Of a DNA stretch of 64,000 nucleotides, positions 27,301 through 42,300 are shown piece after piece. A model generated the notes under the pieces. That model was not told the origin of the DNA and searched no databases. It saw nothing but the letters and a program-made list of their open reading frames with translations. The position numbers were made by a program, and so were the translations under genes. The DNA comes from Candidatus Oxydemutatoraceae bacterium. Lineage in GTDB: Bacteria > Pseudomonadota > Gammaproteobacteria > Poriferisulfidales > Oxydemutatoraceae. The DNA lies in assembly GCA_965218975.1 (NCBI GenBank), contig OZ244717.1:928001-992000 (forward strand), given 5' to 3'. The first letter of the stretch is position 1. Every line of letters begins with the position of its first letter.

Positions 27301-30300
27301 AGAACGGTGACGGTTACCGTGAACGACGGTGTGGATTATGCGGTCGGTATTGAGAATAGTGCTGAGGTGCGGGTGGTTGACGTCAACGTGGCGCCGGTAT
27401 TCAGCAGTATGCCAAGTTTTGAGGTCAACGAAGGGGAGACGGTAGTCGGCACGGTGACGGCTGAGGATGCGAACCCGCAAGACGAGGCAATGTATTCGAT
27501 TACCGGTGGGGCGGATGAGACCTTGTTCACCATTGACGACCCGTCTTCGGGTGAATTGAGTTTCGTCACCGCGCCGGACTTTGAGAATGCGGCGGATGCG
27601 GATGCGGATAACGTTTATATGCTCATCGTGACGGCAATCGGCGGCACGGACGCTCGAGCGTTGACGACGACGCAAGAGATTACGGTGACGGTGCTTGATG
27701 TGGCTACGACGATCACGATTACGGCGGACAAAGCAGAGGTTACGGAAGGCGAGCTGGCGGTGTTTACATTCAGTCGGACCGACGCGACGGATGCGCTGGC
27801 ATTGACGGTGAACATTACGGTAGATGATCCTGCCGGAGCGCTTGCGACTGCGCTGCCTGGTATGGTGACTTTTGACGCCGGTTCTGCGCGAACGGTGCTT
27901 AGCCTTGCCACCGTCATTGATGAGGCGTTTGGCGTCAGGACGGTGATGGTTACCGTGAACGACGGTATGGGTTATGAGGTCGGTATTGAGAATAGCGCCG
28001 AGGTGCGGGTGATTGACGTCAACGTGGCACCGGTATTCAGCAGTGCGGAAAGTTTTGAGGTCGACGAAGGGGAGACGGTAGTCGGCACGGTGACGGCTGC
28101 GGATGCGAACATAGAAGACGAGGTGATGTATTCGGTTACCAACGGCGCGGATCAAGATCAGTTTACTATTGACCCGTCTTCGGGCGAATTGAGTTTCGCC
28201 ACCGCACCGGACTTTGAGAATGCGGCGGATGCAGATACGGATAACGTTTATATGCTCATCGTGACGGCGGCCGGCGGCACGGACGCTCGGGCGTTGACGA
28301 CGACGCAAGAGATTGCGGTGACGGTGCTTGATGTGGCTACGACGATTACGATTACGGCAGAAGACCCGACGGTCACGGAAGGCGAGCCGGCGGTGTTCAC
28401 GTTCACCCGGACCGACGCGACGGATGCGCTGGCATTGACGGTGAACATTACGGTAGACGATTCCGGCGGAGTGCTTGCGGATGCGGCGCCTGATACGATT
28501 ACTTTTGACGCCGATTCTGCGACAACGGTGCTCAACCTTGCCACCATTGATGATACGCTTGAAGAAGACGACAGCACGGTGACGGTTACCGTGAACGACG
28601 GTGTGGATTATGCGGTCGGTATTGAGAATAGTGCCGAGGTGCGGGTGAACGACAACGACGGGCCGTTAACGATCTCGTTCGTCACGACCGAGTATATGGT
28701 CAATGAAAGCGATAGAGAGGTAAGGTTCGAACTCAGACTGAGCGACGAAAGACCGCTGCGCGGCAATATAAACGTTGACTTAACGGCAAGCGACGGCAGC
28801 GCGGTCCTTCATGAGGATTATTCCCCGAGAGTTAGTGTTACTATCTATACTCCTATATCAGTTCTGATGAGAACTGTGCAGTATTTCATTATCGATGACG
28901 ATGTCTTCGAAACCGAAGAATTCTTTTCGTTGAGGATTTCCGGTGTAACGACGTTTCATAGCGACGATGAGGTGGTGATCGGTCAGGGGCGCGTAGCGAC
29001 GGTTACCATCATTGATGACGATTTGCCTCCTATCTGGAGTTTGGACATGTTGCCGAGTAGTGTCAGTGAAAGTAGGGACACCGCGGTGCCGATTGTGATG
29101 AGGCGGATGCGTGATTTACTTGACAGAGGATATCCGCTGACGCTTGAGTTGGGGGGGACGGCGACGTTCGGCGAAGACTACGTTATCACGGATATGGATG
29201 ACAATTCGTTCGCGTTACCGCTTACATTCCCTGCGCCGTATATTGCCGATGATGTGTTTGATCTTCGGACAGATAAAACAGTCGAATTCCGCTTAGTGAT
29301 AACAGACGACGCGGTGTTTGAGGGAGCCGAGACGATTGAGCTGCGATTAACTACGACGGACCCTGACGTTACGATAGGCAGCGATACGACTCAGACGATT
29401 ACGATCATCGACAACGATGCGGTGCCGGTGTTGTCTCTGACGGTCGGTGCAACCGCAATCAATGAAGGCGCATTGACCGATATCGAAGTGGGAATCACGA
29501 ACGAGTCGGTATATGCCGAAGATCAAACGATCACGTTAGAGTTTGCCGGCGATGCGATGCCTGAGGACGACTATACGGTAATGGTCGGAGATTCGCCGTT
29601 GTCATCGCCGTATGTGTTGACTTTGCCGGCGGGGTTGTCTTCGGTAACCGCAACGATCATGGCGACAGACGACATGACGGCTGAGGGGAATGAGACGATC
29701 ACACTAACCGCCCGGCATGAAGGCGACACAATCGGCGAGGAAACGATTACGATCATTGACGATGATGCGGCGCCGGAGTTGGATTTGTCGGTGAGCGAGA
29801 CCACCATTGACGAAGGCGCATTGACCGATATTGAAGTGGGAATCACGAACGAGTCGGTATATGCCGAAGATCAAACGATCACATTAGAGTTTGCCGGTGA
29901 GGCGACGCCTGAGGACGACTATACAGTAATGGTCGGAGGTTCGTTGCTGTCGTCGCCGTATCAAGTGATTTTACCGGCGGGGTCGTCTTCGGTAAGCGCA
30001 ATGATCATGGCGCTAATAGACGACATGATGGCTGAGGGGAATGAGACGATTATGATTACCGCCCGGCATGAAGGCGAAATGATCGGCGAGGTAACGATCA
30101 CGATCATTGATAACACGGCGCCGGTCTTCAGCGATGCGGTAAGTTTTGAGGTCGACGAAGGACAGACGACGGTCGGCGTTGTGACGGCTGAGGATGCGAA
30201 CCCGCAAGACGAGGCAATGTATTTGATTACCGGTGGGGCGGATGAGGCCTTGTTCACCATTGACGACCCGTCTTCGGGTGAATTGAGTTTCGTCACCGCG

Positions 30301-33300
30301 CCGGACTTTGAGAATGCGGCGGATGCGGATACGGATAACGTTTATATGCTCATCGTGACGGCAATCGGCGGCACGGACGCTCGAGCGTTGACGACGACGC
30401 AAGAGATTACGGTGACGGTGCTTGATGTGCCTACGACGGTCACGATTACGGCGGCGGAGCCGACGGTAACGGAAGGTGAGCCGGTAATGTTCACGTTTGA
30501 GCGGACCGACGCGACGGATGCGCTGGCATTGACGGTGAACATTACGATAGATGCGACCGACGAAGTGCTTGCGGATGCGGCGCCTGAAATGGTGACTTTC
30601 GACGCCGGTTCTGCGAGAACGGTGCTTAGCCTTGCCACCGTCATTGATGAGGCGTTTGGCGTCAAGACGGTGATGGTTACCGTGAACGACGGTATGGGTT
30701 ATGAGGTCGGTATTGAGAATAGCGCCGAGGTGCGGGTGATTGACGTCAACGTGGCACCGGTATTCAGCAGTGCGGAAAGTTTTGAGGTCAACGAAGGCCA
30801 GACGGCAATCGGCACGGTGACGGCTGCGGATGCGAACATAGAAGACGAGGTGATGTATTCGGTTACCGGCGGGGCGGATGATGCTCTGTTTGTAATTGAC
30901 TCGTCTTCGGGCGAATTGAGTTTCGCCACCGCACCGGACTATGAGAATCCGGCGGATGCGGATGAAGACAATAACTATATGCTCATCGTGACAGCGGCCG
31001 GCGGCACGGACGCTCGGGCGTTAACGACGACGCAAGCGATTACGGTGACGGTGCTTGATGTGCCGACGACGATCACGATTACGGCAGAAGACCCGACGGT
31101 CACGGAAGGCGAGCCGGCGGTGTTCACGTTCAGCCGGACCGACGCGACGGATGCGCTTGCATTGACGGTGAACATTACGGTAGACGATTCCGGCGGAGTG
31201 CTTGCGGATGCGGCGCCTGATACGATTACTTTTGCTGCCGATTCTGCGACAACGGCGCTCAGTCTTGCCACCGACGACGATACGCTTGAAGAAGACGACA
31301 GCACGGTGACGGTTACCGTCATAGGCGGTATGGATTATGCGGTCGGTATTGAGAATAGTGCCGAGGTGCGGGTGAACGACAACGACGTTAACGTGGCGCC
31401 GGCATTCATCAGTGCAGCAAGTTTTGAGGTCAACGAAGGGGAGACGGTAGTCGGCACGGTGACGGCTGAGGATGCGAACCGGCAAGACGAGGTAACGTAT
31501 TCGGTTACCGGCGGTGCGGATGATGCCTTGTTTGATATCGACTCGTCTTCGGGCGAACTGATCTTCACAACTGCACCGGACTATGAGAATCCGGCAGATG
31601 TGGATACGGATAACGTTTATATGCTCATCGTGACGGCGGCCGGCGGCACAGACGCTCGGGCATTGACGACGACGCAAGAGATTACGGTGACGGTGCTTGA
31701 TGTGCCTACGACGATTACGATTACGGCGGACAAAGCAGAGGTTACGGAAGGCGAGTCGGTGGTGTTTACATTCAGTCGGACCGACGCGACGGATGTGCCA
31801 AATTTGTTTGTGAACATTACGGTAGTTGCAACCGACGAAGTGCTTGCGGATGCGGCGCCTGGTATGGTGACTTTTGACGCCGGTTCTACGACAACGGTAC
31901 TTAGCCTTGCCACTGTCATTGATGAAATGATTGGCGACAGAACGGTGATGGTTACCGTGAACGACGGTGTGGATTATGCGGTCGGTATTGAGAATAGTGC
32001 TGAGGTGCGGGTGGTTGACGTCAACGTGGCGCCGGTATTCAGCAGTATGCCAAGTTTTGAGGTCAACGAAGGGGAGACGGTAGTCGGCACGGTGACGGCT
32101 GAGGATGCGAACCCGCAAGACGAGGCAATGTATTCGATTACCGGTGGGGCGGATGAGACCTTGTTCACCATTGACGACCCGTCTTCGGGTGAATTGAGTT
32201 TCGTCACCGCGCCGGACTATGAGAATCCGGCGGATGCGGATACGGATAACGTTTATATGCTCATCGTGACGGCGGCCGGCGGCACGGACGCTCGAGCGTT
32301 GACGACGACACAAGGGATTACGGTGACGGTGCTTGATGTGCCGACGACGGTCACGATTACGGTGGCAGAGCCGATGGTAACGGAAGGCGAGCCGGCGGTG
32401 TTTACATTCAGTCGGACCGACGCGACAGATGCGCCGGCATTGACAGTGAACATTACGATAGATGCGACCGACGAAGTGCTTGCGGATGCGGCGCCTGGTA
32501 TGGTGACTTTTGACGCCGGTTCTGCGAGAACGGTGCTTAGCCTTGCCACCGTTATTGATGAGGCGTTTGGCGTCAGGACGGTGATGGTTACCGTGAACGA
32601 CGGTATGGGTTATGAGGTCGGTATTGAGAATAGCGCCGAGGTACGGGTGATTGACGTCAACGTGGCACCGGTATTCAGCAGTGCGGAAAGTTTTGAGGTC
32701 AACGAAGGGGAGACGGTAGTCGGCACGGTGACGGCTGCGGATGCGAACATAGAAGACGAGGTGATGTATTCGGTTACCAACGGCGCGGATCAAGATCAGT
32801 TTACTATTGACCCGTCTTCGGGCGAATTGAGTTTCGCCACCGCACCGGACTTTGAGAATCCGGCGGATGCGGATACGGATAACGTTTATATGCTCATCGT
32901 GACGGCAGCCGGCGGCACGGACGCTCGGGCGTTGACGACGACGCAAGCGATTATGGTGACGGTGCTTGATGTGGCTACGACGATTACGATTACGGCAGAA
33001 GACCCGACGGTCACGGAAGGCGAGCCGGCGGTGTTCACGTTCACCCGGACCGACGCGACGGATGCGCTGGCATTGACGGTGAACATTACGGTAGACGATT
33101 CCGGCGGAGTGCTTGCGGATGCGGCGCCTGATACGATTACTTTTGCTGCCGATTCTGCGACAACGGCGCTCAACCTTGCCACCATTGATGATACGCTTGA
33201 AGAAGACGACAGCACGGTGACGGTTACCGTGAACGACGGTGTGGATTATGCGGTCGGTATTGAGAATAGTGCCGAGGTGCGGGTGAACGACAACGACGGG

Positions 33301-36300
33301 CCGTTCACGATCTCGTTCGACCCGACCGAGTATACGGTCAATGAAGGCCGCACGGCAGTTGTCATGATCAGACTGAGCGGCGAAAGACCGCGGCGCGGCA
33401 ATATAAACGTTGACGTAACGGCAAGCGACGGCAGCGCGGTTTTTATTGAGGATTATGGGTTGCGTAGTAGCGGTCTTATCTTTTTTCCTACCGTAATGCT
33501 GAGATCTGAGAGGTTTACTACTATTGATAACGCGGTTGTCGAGACCGAAGAAATCTTTTCGGTGAGACTTAGGGATGTAATGGCATCGGATCCCGCCGAT
33601 GAGGTGGTGATCGGTCAGGGCGAAGCGACGGTTACCATCATTGATGACGATTTGCCTCCTATCTGGAGTTTGGACATGTTGCCGAGTAGTGTCAGTGAAA
33701 GTAGGGACACCGCGGTGCCGATTGTGATGAGGCGGATGCGTGATTTACTTGACAGAGGATATCCGCTGACGCTTGAGTTGGGGGGGACGGCGACGTTCGG
33801 CGAAGACTACGTTATCACGGATATGGATGACAATCCGTTCGCGTTACCGCTTACATTCCCTGCGCCGTATATTGCCGATGATGTGTTTGATCTTCGGACA
33901 GATAAAACAGTCGAATTCGGCTTAGTGATAACAGACGACGCGGTGTTTGAGGGAGCCGAGACGATTGAGCTGCGATTAACTACGACGGACCCTGACGTTA
34001 CGATAGGCAGCGATACGACTCAGACGATTACGATCATCGACAACGATGCGGTGCCGGTGTTGTCTCTGACGGTCGGTGCAACCGCAATCAATGAAGGCGC
34101 ATTGACCGATATCGAAGTGGGAATCACGAACGAGTCGGTATATGCCGAAGATCAAACGATCACGTTAGAGTTTGCCGGCGATGCGATGCCTGAGGACGAC
34201 TATACGGTAATGGTCGGAGATTCGCCGTTGTCGTCGCCGTATGAGTTGACTTTGCCGGCGGGGTTGTCTTCGGTAACCGCAACGATCATGGCGACAGACG
34301 ACATGACGGCTGAGGGGAATGAGACGATCACACTAACCGCCCGGCATGAAGGCGACACAATCGGCGAGGAAACGATTACGATCATTGACGATGATGCGGC
34401 GCCGGAGTTGGATTTGTCGGTGAGCGAGACCACCATTGACGAAGGCGCATTGACCGATATTGAAGTGGGAATCACGAACGAGTCGGTATATGCCGAAGAT
34501 CAAACGATCACATTAGAGTTTGCCGGTGAGGCGACGCCTGAGGACGACTATACAGTAATGGTCGGAGGTTCGTTGCTGTCGTCGCCGTATCAAGTGATTT
34601 TACCGGCGGGGTCGTCTTCGGTAAGCGCAATGATCATGGCGCTAATAGACGACATGACGGCTGAGGGGAATGAGACGATTATGATTACCGCCCGGCATGA
34701 AGGCGAAATGATCGGCGAGGTAACGATCACGATCATTGATAACACGGCGCCGGTCTTCAGCGATGCGGTAAGTTTTGCGGTCGACGAAGGACAGACGACG
34801 GTCGGCGTTGTGACGGCTGAGGATGCGAACCCGCAAGACGAGGCAATGTATTTGATTACCGGTGGGGCGGATGAGGCCTTGTTCACCATTGACGACCCGT
34901 CTTCGGGTGAATTGAGTTTCGTCACCGCGCCGGACTTTGAGAATGCGGCGGATGCGGATACGGATAACGTTTATATGCTCATCGTGACGGCAATCGGCGG
35001 CACGGACGCTCGAGCGTTGACGACGACGCAAGAGATTACGGTAACGGTGCTTGATGTGCCTACGACGGTCACGATTACGGCGGCGGAGCCGACGGTAACG
35101 GAAGGTGAGCCGGTAATGTTCACGTTTGAGCGGACCGACGCGACGGATGCGCCGGCATTGACGGTGAACATTACGATAGATGCGACCGACGAAGTGCTTG
35201 CGGATGTGGCGCCTGGTATGGTGACTTTCGACGCCGGTTCTGCGAGAACGGTGCTTAGCCTTGCCACCGTCATTGATGAGGCGTTTGGTGTCAGAACGGT
35301 GATGGTTACCGTGAACGACGGTGTGGGTTATGAGGTCGGTATTGAGAATAGCGCCGAGGTGCGGGTGATTGACGTCAACGTGGCACCGGTATTCAGCAGT
35401 GCGGAAAGTTTTGAGGTCAACGAAGGACAGACGGCAATCGGCACGGTGACGGCTGCGGATGCGAACATAGAAGACGAAGTGACGTATTCGGTTACCGGCG
35501 GGGCGGATGATGCTCTGTTTGCAATTGACTCGTCTTCGGGCGAATTGAGTTTCGTCACCGCACCGGACTATGAGAATCCGGCGGATGCGGATGAAGACAA
35601 TAACTACATGCTCATCGTGACGGCGGCTGGCGGCACGGACGCTCGGGCGTTGACGACGACGCAAGCGATTACGGTGACGGTGCTTGATGTGCCGACGACG
35701 ATCACGATTACGGCAGAAGACCCGACGGTCACGGAAGGCGAGCCGGCGGTGTTCACGTTCAGCCGGACCGACGCGACGGATGCGCTTGCATTGACGGTGA
35801 ACATTACGGTAGACGATTCCGGCGGAGTGCTTGCGGATGCGGCGCCTGATACGATTACTTTTGCTGCCGATTCTGCGACAACGGCGCTCAGTCTTGCCAC
35901 CGACGACGATACGCTTGAAGAAGACGACAGCACGGTGACGGTTACCGTCATAGGCGGTATGGATTATGCGGTCGGTATTGAGAATAGTGCCGAGGTGCGG
36001 GTGAACGACAACGACGTTAACGTGGCGCCGGCATTCATCAGTGCAGCAAGTTTTGAGGTCAACGAAGGGGAGACGGTAGTCGGCACGGTGACGGCTGAGG
36101 ATGCGAACCGGCAAGACGAGGTAACGTATTCGGTTACCGGCGGTGCGGATGATGCCTTGTTTGATATCGACTCGTCTTCGGGCGAACTGATCTTCACAAC
36201 TGCACCGGACTATGAGAATCCGGCAGATGTGGATACGGATAACGTTTATATGCTCATCGTGACGGCGGCCGGCGGCACAGACGCTCGGGCATTGACGACG

Positions 36301-39300
36301 ACGCAAGCGATTACGGTGGCGGTGCTTGATGTGCCTACGACGATTACGATTACGGCGGCAGAGCCGATGGTCACGGAAGGCGAGCCGGCGGTGTTCGTGT
36401 TTGAGCGGACCGACGCGACGGATGTGCCAAATTTGTTTGTGAACATTACGGTAGTTGCAACCGACGAAGTGCTTGCGGATGCGGCGCCTGGTATGGTGAC
36501 TTTTGACGCCGGTTCTACGACAACGGTACTTAGCCTTGCCACTGTCATTGATGAAATGATTGGCGACAGAACGGTGACGGTTACCGTGAACGACGGTGTG
36601 GATTATGCGGTCGGTATTGAGAATAGTGCTGAGGTGCGGGTGGTTGACGTCAACGTGGCGCCGGTATTCAGCAGTATGCCAAGTTTTGAGGTCAACGAAG
36701 GGGAGACGGTAGTCGGCACGGTGACGGCTGAGGATGCGAACCCGCAAGACGAGGCAATGTATTCGATTACCGGTGGGGCGGATGAGACCTTGTTCACCAT
36801 TGACGACCCGTCTTCGGGTGAATTGAGTTTCGTCACCGCGCCGGACTTTGAGAATGCGGCGGATGCGGATGCGGATAACGTTTATATGCTCATCGTGACG
36901 GCAATCGGCGGCACGGACGCTCGAGCGTTGACGACGACGCAAGAGATTACGGTGACGGTGCTTGATGTGGCTACGACGATCACGATTACGGCGGACAAAG
37001 CAGAGGTTACGGAAGGCGAGCTGGCGGTGTTTACATTCAGTCGGACCGACGCGACGGATGCGCTGGCATTGACGGTGAACATTACGGTAGATGATCCTGC
37101 CGGAGCGCTTGCGACTGCGCTGCCTGGTATGGTGACTTTTGACGCCGGTTCTGCGCGAACGGTGCTTAGCCTTGCCACCGTCATTGATGAGGCGTTTGGC
37201 GTCAGGACGGTGATGGTTACCGTGAACGACGGTATGGGTTATGAGGTCGGTATTGAGAATAGCGCCGAGGTGCGGGTGATTGACGTCAACGTGGCACCGG
37301 TATTCAGCAGTGCGGAAAGTTTTGAGGTCGACGAAGGGGAGACGGTAGTCGGCACGGTGACGGCTGCGGATGCGAACATAGAAGACGAGGTGATGTATTC
37401 GGTTACCAACGGCGCGGATCAAGATCAGTTTACTATTGACCCGTCTTCGGGCGAATTGAGTTTCGCCACCGCACCGGACTTTGAGAATGCGGCGGATGCA
37501 GATACGGATAACGTTTATATGCTCATCGTGACGGCGGCCGGCGGCACGGACGCTCGGGCGTTGACGACGACGCAAGAGATTGCGGTGACGGTGCTTGATG
37601 TGGCTACGACGATTACGATTACGGCAGAAGACCCGACGGTCACGGAAGGCGAGCCGGCGGTGTTCACGTTCACCCGGACCGACGCGACGGATGCGCTGGC
37701 ATTGACGGTGAACATTACGGTAGACGATTCCGGCGGAGTGCTTGCGGATGCGGCGCCTGATACGATTACTTTTGACGCCGATTCTGCGACAACGGTGCTC
37801 AACCTTGCCACCATTGATGATACGCTTGAAGAAGACGACAGCACGGTGACGGTTACCGTGAACGACGGTGTGGATTATGCGGTCGGTATTGAGAATAGTG
37901 CCGAGGTGCGGGTGAACGACAACGACGGGCCGTTAACGATCTCGTTCGTCACGACCGAGTATATGGTCAATGAAAGCGATAGAGAGGTAAGGTTCGAACT
38001 CAGACTGAGCGACGAAAGACCGCTGCGCGGCAATATAAACGTTGGCTTAACGGCACGCGACGGCAGCGCGGTCCTTACTGAGGATTATTCCCCGAGAGGT
38101 AGTATTACTATCTATACTCCTGGATCAGTTCTGCTGAGATCTGCGCAGTATTTCATTATCGATGACGATGTCTTCGAAACCGAAGAATTCTTTTCGTTGA
38201 GGATTTCCGGTGTAACGACGTTTCATAGCGACGATGAGGTGGTGATCGGTCAGGGGCGCGTAGCGACGGTTACCATCATTGATGACGATTTGCCTCCTAT
38301 CTGGAGTTTGGACATGTTGCCGAGTAGTGTCAGTGAAAGTAGGGACACCGCGGTGCCGATTGTGATGAGGCGGATGCGTGATTTACTTGACAGAGGATAT
38401 CCGCTGACGCTTGAGTTGGGGGGGACGGCGACGTTCGGCGAAGACTACGTTATCACGGATATGGATGACAATTCGTTCGCGTTACCGCTTACATTCCCTG
38501 CGCCGTATATTGCCGATGATGTGTTTGATCTTCGGACAGATAAAACAGTCGAATTCCGCTTAGTGATAACAGACGACGCGGTGTTTGAGGGAGCCGAGAC
38601 GATTGAGCTGCGATTAACTACGACGGACCCTGACGTTACGATAGGCAGCGATACGACTCAGACGATTACGATCATCGACAACGATGCGGTGCCGGTGTTG
38701 TCTCTGACGGTCGGTGCAACCGCAATCAATGAAGGCGCATTGACCGATATCGAAGTGGGAATCACGAACGAGTCGGTATATGCCGAAGATCAAACGATCA
38801 CGTTAGAGTTTGCCGGCGATGCGATGCCTGAGGACGACTATACGGTAATGGTCGGAGATTCGCCGTTGTCATCGCCGTATGTGTTGACTTTGCCGGCGGG
38901 GTTGTCTTCGGTAACCGCAACGATCATGGCGACAGACGACATGACGGCTGAGGGGAATGAGACGATCACACTAACCGCCCGGCATGAAGGCGACACAATC
39001 GGCGAGGAAACGATTACGATCATTGACGATGATGCGGCGCCGGAGTTGGATTTGTCGGTGAGCGAGACCACCATTGACGAAGGCGCATTGACCGATATTG
39101 AAGTGGGAATCACGAACGAGTCGGTATATGCCGAAGATCAAACGATCACATTAGAGTTTGCCGGTGAGGCGACGCCTGAGGACGACTATACAGTAATGGT
39201 CGGAGGTTCGTTGCTGTCGTCGCCGTATCAAGTGATTTTACCGGCGGGGTCGTCTTCGGTAAGCGCAATGATCATGGCGCTAATAGACGACATGATGGCT

Positions 39301-42300
39301 GAGGGGAATGAGACGATTATGATTACCGCCCGGCATGAAGGCGAAATGATCGGCGAGGTAACGATCACGATCATTGATAACACGGCGCCGGTCTTCAGCG
39401 ATGCGGTAAGTTTTGAGGTCGACGAAGGACAGACGACGGTCGGCGTTGTGACGGCTGAGGATGCGAACCCGCAAGACGAGGCAATGTATTTGATTACCGG
39501 TGGGGCGGATGAGGCCTTGTTCACCATTGACGACCCGTCTTCGGGTGAATTGAGTTTCGTCACCGCGCCGGACTTTGAGAATGCGGCGGATGCGGATACG
39601 GATAACGTTTATATGCTCATCGTGACGGCAATCGGCGGCACGGACGCTCGAGCGTTGACGACGACGCAAGAGATTACGGTGACGGTGCTTGATGTGCCTA
39701 CGACGGTCACGATTACGGCGGCGGAGCCGACGGTAACGGAAGGTGAGCCGGTAATGTTCACGTTTGAGCGGACCGACGCGACGGATGCGCCGGCATTGAC
39801 GGTGAACATTACGATAGATGCGACCGACGAAGTGCTTGCGGATGTGGCGCCTGGTATGGTGACTTTCGACGCCGGTTCTGCGAGAACGGTGCTTAGCCTT
39901 GCCACCGTCATTGATGAGGCGTTTGGCGTCAGAACGGTGATGGTTACCGTGAACGACGGTGTGGGTTATGAGGTCGGTATTGAGAATAGCGCCGAGGTGC
40001 GGGTGATTGACGTCAACGTGGCACCGGTATTCAGCGATGCGGAAAGTTTTGAGGTCAACGAAGGGCAGACGGCAATCGGCACGGTGACGGCTGCGGATGC
40101 GAACATAGAAGACGAGGTGATGTATTCGGTTACCGGCGGGGCGGATGATGCTCTGTTTGCAATTGACTCGTCTTCGGGCGAATTGAGTTTCGCCACCGCA
40201 CCGGACTATGAGAATCCGGCGGATGCGGATGAAGACAATAACTACATGCTCATCGTGACGGCGGCCGGCGGCACGGACGCTCGGGCGTTGACGACGACGC
40301 AAGCGATTACGGTGACGGTGCTTGATGTGCCGACGACGATCACGATTACGGCAGAAGACCCGACGGTCACGGAAGGCGAGCCAGCGGTGTTCACGTTCAG
40401 CCGGACCGACGCGACGGATGCGCTTGCATTGACGGTGAACATTACGGTAGACGATTCCGGCGGAGTGCTTGCGGATGCGGCGCCTGATACGATTACTTTT
40501 GCTGCCGATTCTGCGACAACGGCGCTCAGTCTTGCCACCGACGACGATACGCTTGAAGAAGACGACAGCACGGTGACGGTTACCGTCATAGGCGGTATGG
40601 ATTATGCGGTCGGTATTGAGAATAGTGCCGAGGTGCGGGTGAACGACAACGACGTTAACGTGGCGCCGGCATTCATCAGTGCAGCAAGTTTTGAGGTCAA
40701 CGAAGGGGAGACGGTAGTCGGCACGGTGACGGCTGAGGATGCGAACCGGCAAGACGAGGTAACGTATTCGGTTACCGGCGGTGCGGATGATGCCTTGTTT
40801 GATATCGACTCGTCTTCGGGCGAACTGATCTTCACAACTGCACCGGACTATGAGAATCCGGCAGATGTGGATACGGATAACGTTTATATGCTCATCGTGA
40901 CGGCGGCCGGCGGCACAGACGCTCGGGCATTGACGACGACGCAAGCGATTACGGTGACGGTGCTTGATGTGGCTACGACGATCACGATTACGGCAGACGA
41001 GCCGATGGTAACGGAAGGCGAGCTGGCAGTGTTTACATTCAGTCGGACCGACGCGACGGATGCGCCGGTATTGGCGGTGAACATTACGGTAGATGATCCC
41101 GACGGGGTGCTTGCGGCAGCGGCACCTGAAATGGTGACTTTTGCTGCCGGTTCTGCGACAGCGGAGCTCAGTCTTGCCACCGACGACGATATGCTTGAAG
41201 AAGACGACAGCGTAGTGACGGTTACCATCATAGACGGTGCGGACTATAGGATCGGTATTGGGAACAGTGCTTCGGTGCGTGTTGTCGACGACGACGTCAA
41301 CGTGGCGCCGGTATTCAGCAGTATGCCAAGTTTTGAGGTCAACGAAGGGGAGACGGTAGTCGGCACGGTGACGGCTGCGGATGCGAACCCGCAAGACGAG
41401 GTAACGTATTCGGTTACCGGCGGTGCGGATGATGCCCTGTTTGATATCGACTCGTCTTCGGGCGAACTGAGTTTCGTCACCGCGCCGGACTTTGAGAATG
41501 CGGCGGATGCGGATACGGATAACGTTTATATGCTCATCGTGACGGCAATCGGCGGCACGGACGCTCGAGCGTTGACGACGACGCAAGAGATTACGGTAAC
41601 GGTGCTTGATGTGCCTACGACGATCACGATTACGGCGGCAGAGCCGATGGTCACGGAAGGCGAGTCGGCGGTGTTTACATTCAGTCGGACCGACGCGACG
41701 GATGCGTCGGATTTGTTTGTGTTCTTTACGGTAGTTGAGTCCGGCGAGGTGCTTGCGGCTCCAACGCCTCCTGCTCTTTCTTTTGGAGCTGCTTCCGAGA
41801 CAGTGATGCTCAGCGTTGCCACCATTGATGATGCGCTTGAAGAAGACGACAGCACGGTGACGGTTACCGTTGGTGTCGACGATACGGGTTTTTATGAAGT
41901 CGGTATTGAGAACAGTGCTTCGGTGCGGGTTGTCGACAACGATGACGTACCCGGGGTGCCGATGAACTTGACGGCTGGGGCAGGCAATACTCAGGTGGCG
42001 CTAAGTTGGGAAGCGCCTGCGGATTCCGGCACTTCGCCGATTGAGCGTTACGAATATCGCGCGAGCAGTGACGCCGGAACGATTGGGGATCAGGAATGGA
42101 ATGCCGCCGGCGATGCGACGGGCGAAGTCAGAACTCAAATCGTATCGAGCTTAAGCAACGACACGGAATACACATTTGAAGTACGCGCGGTCAGCGCGGC
42201 GGGCAACGGTGCAGCCGCGCAAATCATGGCGACACCGAGTTCCGAGACGGCGGTATTCACTCTGACGTTTGACCCGAGCGAATATACGCTCACTGAAAGT

